Shown here: positions 27,112 to 37,640 of the stretch, in pieces | Layout: each line of letters begins with the position of its first letter | Position numbering within the stretch: position 1 is the first letter of the stretch | DNA from: Peribolospora baueri | Lineage: Eukaryota | Assembly: GCA_029717555.1 (NCBI GenBank) | Contig: JAMDHS010000094.1 | Span: 1-64,000, forward strand | DNA: 64,000 nucleotides | Reading direction: 5' to 3' | Notes under the pieces: generated by a model | What the model saw: the letters and a program-made list of their open reading frames with translations, nothing else | Told to the model about the DNA's origin: nothing | Databases searched by the model: none | Made by a program: the position numbers and the translations under genes

Positions 27112-27975
27112 GAGGGCATCAGGGTCCATTCAACCTTGAAGGAGGCGAAGAGAGAGCAGGAGTTCGGAGAGACAGTCTTGCCAGGGAGCATTGGCGTCCG
27201 TTCTGGCTTGATTGATGTTTGAAAGATATAAATTAAACGAAATGGAGATTCTAAACTAAACTACTGGTCTAAACTACTGGAGTGAATACTAAACTAATGG
27301 AATCCGGGGAGGAAATTTTGGTGGTCTGGAAAAGCTTGAGGCCATCAGGGTCCGTTAAACCTTGAAGGAGGCAAGAGTAAGAGAGAGCAGCAGTCCGGAG
27401 AGACAGTCTTGCTAAGGAGCATTCGGGTCCGTTCTGGCTTGATTGATGTTTGAAAGATGTGAATTAAACGAAATGGAGATTCTAAACTACGAATGATGGA
27501 GATTCTAAACTACTGGTCTAAACACAAGAGAGAGCAGGAATCCGGAGAGGAAGTTTTGGTGGTCTGGAAAAGCTTGAGGGACTTGAGGGCATCAGGGTCC
27601 GTTAAACCTTGAAGAAGGCAAGATGGAGAGCACGAGAGAGCAGGAGTTAGGAGAGGCAGTCTTGCTTAGGAGCATCAGCGTCCGTTCAACATTGAAGGAG
27701 ACAAGAGCGAGAGCACGAGAGAGCAGGAGTCCGGTGAGGCAGTGGTGGTCCATTCAACCTTGACGGCATTAAGGTCTGCTCAACCTGGCAAGAGTGAGAG
27801 CGCGAAAGAGCAGCAGGAGTCCGGAGAGACAGTCTTGCTTAGGAGCATTAGGGTCCGTTCAGAGCAGGAGTCCCAGTGAGGCAGCAGCGTCCGTTCAATC
27901 CCTTGAAGAAGGCGAGAGTGAGACCAAGGGAGAGCAGGGGTTCGGAGAGGCAGGCTTGGCAATCTGGAGACTTCC
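27112..27975. repeat. Degenerate tandem repeat array: two ~230-250 bp copies built from ~80 bp subunits
   Basis: GCATCAGGGTCCGTT(A/C)AACCTTGAAGGAGGC..GAGAGCAGGAGTCCGGAGAGACAGTCTTGC recurs at about 27112, 27338, 27585, 27670 and 27843; TCCGTTCTGGCTTGATTGATGTTTGAAAGAT occurs twice. Confidence 0.9.
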
Positions 27976-27990
27976 TTGAGAGCATCGCGG

Positions 27991-28484
27991 CTGTTCTCGG
28001 TGGTTCACTTACCACTCAAGGCTTGTACGATTAGTAAGCATCGAGCTCTTCTCTTACCTTGCCTGTTCTTACGACTCAAGGGTTGGTACGGTTAGTGGGC
28101 ACGATAGCTATACTTCTCACCTTGTCTGTTGCCAGTCGGGGTTAGTACGGTTAGTAGGCATCAAAGCTCGGCTGTTCTCTCACCTTGTCTGTTACCAGTC
28201 CAGGTTAGTAGGGTCAATAAGCATCAAAGCTCTCAGCTGTTCTCTCACCTTGTTTGTTAGCACTCAAGGTTAGTACGTGAGTAGGCAAAGCTCTGTTGTT
28301 CTCTTACCTTTTCGTTGACGTTCGGGGTTAGTAAGGTTAGTAAGCATCAAAGCTCGGCTGTTCTCTTACCTTGTCGTTAACGTTCGCGGTTAGTACGGTT
28401 AGCAGGCATTAAAGCTCAGCTGTTCTCTTACCTTGTCGTTAACGGGGTTAGTACGGTTAGTAGGCATCATGGCTATTCTCTTAC
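27991..28484 (-). repeat. Tandem array of eight 53-65 nt intron-like units
   Basis: Each minus-strand unit reads GT(A/G)AGA..CTAACCGTACTAAC..AAG; donors at 28484, 28431, 28369, 28307, 28248, 28183, 28120 and 28057. Confidence 0.85.
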
Positions 28485-28779
28485 CTTGAAGAAGTAAGAG
28501 GGGTCAGGAGTGGAGGCGCTGGACCCGCTGGACCCGCCGACGGCGGTGGCGGCGATGACGGCGGCTGAAGGTGGGGAGCGGAATTCTGAGGGACGCCGCC
28601 GCCACCGGGAGCATTGAGGATATCAGTGCTGTTTTGTGACCTTGAAAAGCGGGTCATACTTCCCCCATCAAGTCCCTCCACCGTTGACAAGAGCTATCTG
28701 CCTCAGCCGTCAAGTCAAGACTATCCAAGCCGCTGAAGGCTGGGACTGATATTGGTGGTGAAGGGACTTGGAGGGGAGG

Positions 28780-29612
28780 GGGTTGTTATTGTTATTGTTT
28801 TTGTTTTTGATTTTGGGGCTTGGAATTTCGGGGCTTCTTGGTTTTGGTGTGGTTTTGTATTTGGGGCTTGAGAGTCGGGGCTTTTTGGTTTTGTATTTGG
28901 GGATTGAGATTCGGGGCTTTTTGGTTTTGATGGGCTTGAGATTCGGGGCGGCTTTTTGGTTTTGATTTGGGGCTTGAGATTCGGGGCGGCTTTTTGGTTT
29001 TGTATTCGGGGCTGCTTTTTGGTTTTGATGTTTTGGGTCTTGAGATTCGGGGCTTGCGATTTCGGGCTTTTTGGTTTTGATTTGGTTTTGTATTCCGGTC
29101 TTGAGGTTTGAGGCTTTTTGATTTTGATTTGGTTTGGGGCTTGGGGCTTTTTGGTTTCTTTTTTGTTCTTGAGATTCGGGGCTTTCTGATTTTTTGTATT
29201 TGAAGCCTCGGGTTTGACTTTTTTGGGGATTGTTTTTGCGTTTTGTTTTTGTTTTCGTTTTTGTTCTCGTTGTTCGTTGTTCGTTGTCGTTGTTCTTGTT
29301 CTTTTTTTTGTTTTGTTTTTTTTTGCTTTTTTTCGGGGGGTTTTTTTTTTTGCTTTTGTTCTTTTTCTTGTTCTTCTTGTTGTTTTGTTCTTGTTCTTGT
29401 TTTTCGTTTCGTTTCGTTTCGTTTCGTTCTTGTTCTTGTTCTTGTGCTTGTTTTAGTTTGTTTTTGTTTTTTGTTTTTGTCTTTTCGCTCTTTTTCGTTT
29501 TTTTGTGAAGTTTGAAGGTTGATCGTTTTCAATTTCGCTTTCGTTTGGGATTTGGGGCTTGGGTTTTGCTTTTTGCTTTTTGCTTTTTTCTTGTTTTTTT
29601 TTTTTTTTTTTT
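28780..29612. repeat. Extremely T/G-rich low-complexity tract with GGGGCTTGAGATTCGGGGC minisatellite units
   Basis: At least five GAGATTCGGGGC copies between T-runs; almost A-free on the + strand from about 29190 to 29612. Confidence 0.9.
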
Positions 29613-29782
29613 GTGAAAGCGCTAAGCGCTTGGCGTCTGCTGCTGGATTGCTCGGTGGCAGACCTCGCGCAGGGACACGATGGTACCCTGAGTTGCACAC
29701 CGTGGGCGGCCAATTTGAAGGGAAAGGTGCAGGGATGAAGGGGGCTACCGCAGGGTACTTGGGCTGTTGAGGTGAGCATGTT

Positions 29783-30083
29783 ACCGCCTCGCCAGGGTCG
29801 AGATGAGGAGAACGGGTCGATGGGGTCTTTTCCCAACGATCGCCGACCTAGAGCAAAAAGTTTAGAAGCAGGGCCGTCAAGCAGGGACGAAGCTTGCAAG
29901 TGCTCACCTTGTGCAGCGGAGGCGGAAAGCTGTGGGATGTGGGGTGATTACCGCCTCCTCAAGGTCGAGATGAGGAGGGGATCGAGGGGTCTTTTCCCAA
30001 TGATCCCAGACCTAGAGCAAAAAGGTTAGGGGCAGGGACGTCAAGGGGGGACGAAGTTGAAGTGCTCACCTTGTGCAGCGGAG
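29783..30083. repeat. Tandem duplication, two ~165 bp copies, each with an intron-like segment on the minus strand
   Basis: CCGCCTC..GGTCGAGATGAGGAG..GGGTCTTTTCCCAA..GACCTAGAGCAAAAAG..AGTGCTCACCTTGTGCAGCGGAG occurs twice. Confidence 0.85.
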
Positions 30084-31012
30084 ATGTGAGGCTATGGCCA
30101 TGGATCGGTGTGGAGTGGGGAGGCTCCGCACGCACAAGATGTGTCATGGGGGCCTGTGAGTAAGAGAGAGGAAGAGAGGAAAGCGCAAGCAAGAGGATGA
30201 GGAGGGCATGTGCACACAGGCACTTATGAAAAAGACTTGAGCTCACTGATCCGTAGCCTTCTTCAAGCTAAACGTCACGGTTGGTGGCGGCATGGCGTAT
30301 GGATAAGCGATTGGCGTAGAGGAGTAAGACTCTAGATAGAGAATGTTATAAGAGGAGAGATGTCACCGTGGGAGATGTCGCTCTTGGTTGATGAGGAGAT
30401 GAAGAAAGGAGGAGACACGGTGGACGACTGGTCTTTTCTAGCTTTGGATGAAGGCCCGACGCTGATCGCCTTGCCTGAACCGATCAGCCCGACTCACTGT
30501 GCACATGTCTCACACCCTGCCTTGCCGCTTTTGATATCTTTCTGCATCGGAATCCTTCCTGCATCATCAGACACGGACGCGGAAGAGGACGTCGAGTCGC
30601 CGTTTGCATAACTGGCATGGCGATGAAAGCAGACAACGTCGACTTAAAATACGTGGTGATGAAAGCAGACCTTGTCGTGGACGGGTAGATTAAAAGCGTA
30701 GAGGCGGCAACGACGGTTTCGGCCCCCGGCGCGGGCACCTGCTGCGGCGGACGGCTGCTCGGGTGTCCGGACCGGCGGCTCTGCTTCCCCCGCATTGCAT
30801 CACGTCTGGGGTAAACATCGGACGGCTTGGAGGAAGGACGACGACGTCGGCATCGATGCCGCCGGAGGCCGAACGCCGAGCTCGGTGACCGCTTGCTTGC
30901 TGGCATAAATTGAAGACTTGGCTCCCGCATCACGTCCTCCCGTCCACCTGGCCCGCCTGCTTTCCTGTGCCAAATCTCCAGCCGGCTTCCGTGCAAGAGA
31001 CAAGCATCAACC

Positions 31013-34000
31013 ATGCTTCTTCCCCGTACCTGGCTGCCCGTCCTCACTCTTGCCTCGACGGTCTTGAGCGCGCCGTCGTCTCCGTTCGAACGACAACAAG
31101 TGCAAGCCATCAACGCCGCCCGCCGCCTGCCCCCCTCCGACCCCCGCGCCCTCGTCGCTGATGGTGCCGCTTCATCCTCTTCGTCCAGCGCCATCAATAC
31201 TAACACCTCGCAGTCATGCACAAACTGCACCAACCTCGGAAACACCTACTACCCCACTATGGACCCGCCCATTTCCCCTAGCGATCCCGTCGTCAAAGTC
31301 CTCAATGGCTCCTACGCCGGCGTGCACTTTTCAGGACTCGATTCGAACGCGACCTTGTCGGGAATCCCCGTCAAGCACCCATTGGAATTTTTTCTCGGCA
31401 TGCCTTATGCCCAGCAGCCCGCGGGACAGAGGAGGTTGAGCAGGCCCGGGAGGCTGGGAGACGACTATACGTGGAACGCGACGAGGCCTGCCAAGCGGTT
31501 CTCCGAATTTTGTTATGTGAGTGGAGCGAGCTGGTCTTGCGGCCAACTTGCACCCAACTCGTCGCGCTTTTCTTTAAGTTTACCCAATCTCCGCTCTCAT
31601 TTCTTCTATTGTCTTAGGGTGTCGGTATTGACGATAACTACAATCCCGCCGGGGTGAGCGTTCATCACGCCTTCCCATTTCTTCCCCAGCCAGCATTCCT
31701 GTGCCCAGCTTGTCACTACAGAGACGGCCTGCCGACACCCGCGTGTGTTCTTCCTTCTAGTTTATAACCTACAAGCTCGGCGAGAACTGCCTGACCGTGA
31801 ACGTCGTCCGGCCGGCCGGAGTGAAGGAGGGTGACAATCTGCCCGTTTGGGTGGGTTTCATCAGGAGCAAATTATGCGCTCATTTTGCAACAGGGCTGTG
31901 TCGAGGTCACGAGGACACGGCTTACCCTATTATGCTTCTTTCTCCCTTCTTTTCTCTCCTCTCTCCATAACACCGCCGTGTCTAAGACCTATGTGAGTCG
32001 GTCACAGCTCGTGTCGAAAAATAGCTACGGTCGCGTTGTGGGGATGATCTTGGAGAGTGGAGATGTTCCTTGCTTGCCAAAGTAAGAGAGATCGCTAACG
32101 GCTGACAGAAATGAACCCGAATGGGCCGCCCTTGCGCGACAGATCTACGGAGGCGGCTTCAACTACGGTGGGACTGCCGATCACCGTCTGAACGCGTCCT
32201 TCATAGTCGACAGGAGCATTGAGATGGGCCAGCCCGTCATCTTCGCCTCGCTCAACTATCGCGTACACGCTTTGGGGTTCCCGGTTGGAGACCAAGCCAG
32301 GAAGGAGGGCGTGACAAATTTGGGATTGTACGATCAGAGGCTCGCGTTGCATTGGATTAAGGTAGGCCCTAAACGTCGTCCTCTTGCTCGGCTGCGGCGG
32401 CTTGAGGAGAGCGAGGGGAGCGTCCCTGGTCCTGTCGTTGACGGAACGTCCGTTCTGCGCCGCAGGAAAACATTCACGCTTTTGGAGGAGATCCAAGTGA
32501 GTGTCGGGGACCGTTGTCTGACGATAATTTCCCATCTCTTGTTGTGGTCGTGTGGGCTCGCGACCGAAAGCTGACCCGAGAGCACTTTCAAATACCGGAC
32601 TTTTCCACCAGACAAGATCACGAGTACGTTCAGTCTTAATTGTTTCCAGGCAGTTCACGCGCTTGAAAGGAAAGGACAAAGTGGATACTGAGGAACACAA
32701 ACCCTGCGCTTCTCTATTTCTTTTCCTTCCCTTCGACCCCGGTGCTAGTCGATGGGGAGAGCGCCGGCGGTGCCTCGATCCTCTTCCACTACACAGCTTT
32801 TGATGGTCGCGATGACGATCTCTTCCGCGGAGGGATTGCTCAATCGAGCTACTATGCCACTGTTCCTGACTCGCCACAGCGAACGGCAGCAGAGAACAAG
32901 TCATGGCAAGGCCTCCTTAATGCGACCGGATGCGTCTCCCACACGAACGGTTCCTCCCAACTTGATTGCCTTCGCGCATTGCCCTTCGAGGAGCTCAAGA
33001 CGGCTATCAACGGCACCTATCCGACTGTTTGGGGACCGGTCGTTGATGGGGACCTTGTGAAGGACGATCTGCAGAAGATGTTCCGAGAGGGAAAACATGT
33101 CAGTCGTCCGCTCATGATTACGGCCAATAGCGACGAAGGTGGGTTCTCACGTCTGTCTCTGTGTCCGTCCATCCGGCACGCATGCGTCGGCATCATCTTC
33201 ATCGTCTTCCACTGTTCTCTCCGTCTGAGAATGTGTGCTCATGATGACCACGTCTCGCCCGTGCAACGTTGGTACCGTCTGTACACCCGCTTCTCCTTGC
33301 CCGCTTGACATGCTGTCACACCGCCCGAAAGGCGCGAGCTTCGGCGTACGCAACCTGAATACCTCCGCGGACATCATCAACGCGATCCGAAATGACTACA
33401 CCGACCTCGCTCCCTCAGTCGTCACCGACGCAGCCGCTTCGGGCCTACTCAACGCCTACCCGGAAGACGAAGACATCTGGGTCCCTTACGCAGCAGGTGA
33501 CGGCCAGTTGGCCGGCGGAGGATTGATGGACCGTAGGAGCTGCGCGATCTTTGGGGACATGAAGATGGTAGCACCCAGGAGGGAGGTTGCGCAAATGGTC
33601 AGCAAGAAGGCGGACGTGTACACCGCCAGGTTTGATCAGGTGCCTTGGCAGTGAGTGCTTCCTCCTTGCTGGATTTGCACCCCGAGGAGAAGACAGTTGT
33701 GGCAATTGAACAGAAAAAGGGGTTGAGTTCAAACTCTGAGTAACGGGGATGTTGCTGACAAGTCCTCCTCGGCGCCACTTCTCCACGCCGTGGCACAGCA
33801 TGCCGATTGACAATGGCGCATTCCACTTCTCTGAGTGAGTACTTTTCTTTTTGTCTCTCTTCATCCATCCCTCGGAGGCGCATTATAGCTCGTGAACACT
33901 GCAGTAACAAGCGATCCACTCTTTTCGCAGAATGGCCTACGTGTTCCGCCAATCTCTGCTCACTCAGAACGCTCTGGGCACGAAACCACGCGACTTGGCA

Positions 34001-34270
34001 CTGGCAAAAGAGATGTCCACTTATTGGATCTCCCATGTCGCCTCTGGATCTCCGAACACATACAAGATTGCCTCGTCACCGACCTGGCCACGCTACGGGG
34101 ACGCCGGAGAGAACCTGGTGCTGACGAATAAGGCCAGCGGGGAGAAGAGCCAAGCAGAAAAGGACAATTTCAGGGAGGAGGGCATAAGCTTCATCCTCGA
34201 CCTGCGCGCGGGAGCTTGGAAGGGAGGAGAGTCGGCCGGAAAGCGCAGCGAGAAGCACCTCGAGCTGTAG
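31013..34270 (+). CDS. Secreted type-B carboxylesterase/lipase, many exons including a 12-nt microexon (32612-32623)
   Basis: Signal peptide, FLGMPYAQQP, ENCLTVNVVRP, IYGGGF, SLNYRV..GF, NLGLYDQRLALHWI, FGGDP, GESAGG nucleophile, NSDEG, HFSEMAYVF. Confidence 0.93.
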
Positions 34271-35222
34271 GACGATCGATGTTGAGCGCCTCATTCCTTG
34301 AGACCGCCGGGTTAGGTGGACGTTCACTTAGGAGACGTTCATCTTTTCCGGAGGTCGAGGTTTTGGTGCTCCGTCATACCAATCTCTCCTGTAAGGGCGT
34401 GCCCGACCGCCGTCAATGTTTCCTGTTCGGCTTTGCACGAACAAAGAGACAAATCATCCCCCTTCGAGCTCGTTGATATGCTCTGTGATGGGCCGTCGAG
34501 TGCTGCATGCATCTGTCAGCATCCAAGGCTCGCCAGTCAATTGCGGATGATGGGGCGGCCGCCCAACCGCTTTTCTTGGAAGACCTTGAGATAGCTGAGG
34601 GATAGCACGCACCTCCTTCGTGACTGGACGGCCGTGTTAAGTGATCAATACTGCCGCTGTGCTCATAATCTGGATGGGCGATATGAATGGAAAAAGCAAG
34701 GCGAGGACAGATAAACCACTTGTGGTCAAAGTCCCAGCGAAGATTGGCGTTGGTTCTTCCGTCTTTCCGTAGGAGATGTCACAGAGTTGGGTTGAAGAAG
34801 AAAGTGGGCATCGTGCCCCAGTCAGCTGAATGGATTCTGAGGAGGATATGCTTGTAAGAGTGTGAGATTGGGGGCATAAGTTGACAGGAGCCATCTGCGT
34901 CGCTTCTACACGTACACGTCCGTAATGGCCACCACTCACATCCCTTCTCTCACGTCTCCGGCCGGTAAAAAGAAACGCGCACGGGCCACCGGGCCTGCGC
35001 GACGAGCTGCGGCATGGGGGAAGATCGGAGCTACGTCAGCGGGTGAAAATAGCCTGGTCGGCCACGAGCACTCGACGTTCTACCCTCCATCTTCCTCCCG
35101 TCCATCCACCCACGCTCGCCGCCTCGCCCCAGGCTCTCACCGTCGTGTCGTGTTCCCATCGTCGGCGTCTGCGCTGAGACATATTCACTCACTTGTAGCG
35201 GTCAAGGGAACCGGATCTAAGT

Positions 35223-37004
35223 ATGGTGAGTCGAGCAGAATGATCGGCCCCGAGGCGACGAGGCAATGAGGCGATGACCAACAACTGCTGAAGATATCGT
35301 ACGTCCGCCAACACTCACCGCGCGTCATGCTTTCCCGGATTTTTCGCTTGCCACCTTCTGCATGTGCTCTGTTTTGTGTGCTTCTTTTTGCGTGGGCCCT
35401 CTTTGCGCTCTCCGGATTTCGTCCCTCACAGGCGCGCACACCTTCATATCCGCATATTATTTGGGCCCTCGGCCATGTCGTCCTCCTCATTTGCGGTACG
35501 CGCTACCTTATTGGCGCCGCCATGCTCAAATCTAAGGAGCTGCCTAGATGGTACACTGCTGCTTACCTGGGCAACATAATCAGCTATTTGGTGGTCGTGT
35601 ACAAAAGCTTCGGGGTGAGTGTCGAGGTAGCATATGGCTCGCCTAGGATCGGGGAGCTAAAGGGAGCCGTGGGGCAAAGCAGCTGGAATGAGGGCTGTCT
35701 TGTCTCCTGCATGGGGGGGATGATGAGCGATGGACACGAGAGAGACCACAGGAAGAGGATCGATGTGCCAATGTATCTGACTCCCTCATCATCCTGCCAT
35801 GGCGCGTCTTCTCACATCTCAGCTTCCCCAGCTCAACAAGGCTTTCCTGCAGCGCGCAGCGATGGACGAGAACGTCCAATATCTTCTTCTCGCCCTCTAT
35901 TGGTGGTTCACGAAGCCCATTGCCAGTGCGTTCTTTGCTTTTCTTGTCATTCCGGAGTGTCTGGCGCTCTTGTGGTACCATGTCGGACTAAGTCATCCTT
36001 ACACCGTCTCTCCCTTTGCGCTTCGTGTTGTCTTAGTCACCCTTATCCCTTACTTGACCTTCTCTCTCTTCCATGCCATCACCTTTGTTCGCACTACCGT
36101 CCTGCCAATTGTCTTCCCCCCTTCTCCTAGCCGTCCCCAGGCCTCCGGAAGTGGCGCCTCTGATGGCAGCTCTCAAGCGGCGCAGCAGCAACCTCAGGAT
36201 GCCAGCACCAAAATAAGCAAGGCAATTCAGAGCTGTGAGTGTGCTGTTTGCGGCATTAGACCCGTGCATATGGCTCTGAAGAAGTTGGATTGACGAGGGA
36301 TTTGCCGCTTTTTCTATCCGCGCTCGAATGTTCGCAGGGGTCAAGAAAAACTACGACCCAGCGATGCGCTTCGTTTCATATGCGGAGGTGGCCATTATGG
36401 CCAGGGTGTTGATTGGCGCGCTGCTGTGAGTTCGGTTCGCCGCTACTTTAAAAGCCCGCTCTCATCTTCAATACGTCTAATCTGGACTTTTCACGCATTT
36501 GTCGACCGCTCCAGGTTCCGGAACTCCATCCTTGCGCCTCTGTTCTACGCGCACTTCCTGTAAGTCCCAACTCCTTTCGTCAAGGTTTCCTGAAACTACT
36601 ATCTCACTTTCGTTTCTCTTTCTCACCGGTTACAGCCGCCTCCGGTTTTACATGTCAACTTTCACCCGCAATGCGTTCACGCACGTCGGACAGACGCTCG
36701 ACGGCTACTCGCAGCACCCAAGCTGCCCGGAGCCCGTGCGCAAGGCGTACCACACTGTGCGGGGACTGGTGAGTGTGGCTACCGGACGTTTCGAGGCGCT
36801 CTTCCTTGTCTGCGCCTTTTTTGTCCGCTGGCGTCTTTAAGTTAGGGAGCGTTGTTGCTGACGCCGCATGCGACTATCTACATATCCCAACGTACTCCGA
36901 TCTGACTGGATGGAACGTACATGCAGCTCTCTCGCTATGTCGACAGCGTCCTCAACGTGCAAGCGGCCGGGCCGGCAGCTGCCCAACCTCAACCGGCGCA
37001 TTGA
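35223..37004 (+). CDS. POM33: Transmembrane nucleoporin Pom33/TMEM33, multi-exon (first coding exon is the ATG alone)
   Basis: IWALGH, ISYLVVVYKS, MDENVQYLLLALYW, PYLTFSLFHAITF, VKKNYDPAM, LRFYMSTFTR. Confidence 0.85.
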
Positions 37005-37640
37005 ACCCGAGAAGCTCTTTGTGATGTTTTTCTGAGCGTCCAAGCGTGTCGGTTGTCGTGCATTCGTACATGTCTTCCTCGCCCGCCTTCTGTCCCGACC
37101 TCTCGTGCAGGGCAGACCCGAACGTTCTCTCTGTCGTTCTCCTTCCCTATCCGTTCCCACTCCTCACGCAGTTCCTTCCTCGCGGGCTCCAGCATCGTCC
37201 GTCATGTATCCAGCGTTTGTTCTTGCTTCTACGTGAAGGACGCCGATGTTCGAGTTGGATCGGGGAACGCCGCGTGGTCTCTAGCAAACTGCAAACACGG
37301 TCTGGCCATTTCAGGAGTACACGTGACATACACGTGCGTCTATTCGTCTCATCTGCGGAAACCCCGCTAGCGGTTGGCCCGCAGCTCGGACCGGCGCGGG
37401 GCAGAGCAAGGCCGTGAACATGTGAAAGCGCGATCATCGCGACATAAACGCTCGTCGTGCGCCCTTTTCAGCTTGACCGTCTCCGCTCCTCCTTCACCTT
37501 GACCTCCATCTCCATTTCGTCCAAGCCGCACTCTCCGCGTAGACGGTTTCCACTCATTTCGACTCACGCCTCCATTCCACCTTCTCCTTGGCCCTGTACC
37601 TCTCTTCTCCCCTGACTGTCGCTGCAGCAAATCGAGCAAC

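Noticed and set aside
27991..28484. CRISPR-like regular repeat array
   Set aside because: Eukaryotic context, no cas genes, and the units are homologous along their whole length with no unique spacers.
28768..29515. Phe/Leu/Val-rich plus-strand ORFs resembling membrane proteins
   Set aside because: Artefact of translating T-rich low-complexity DNA.
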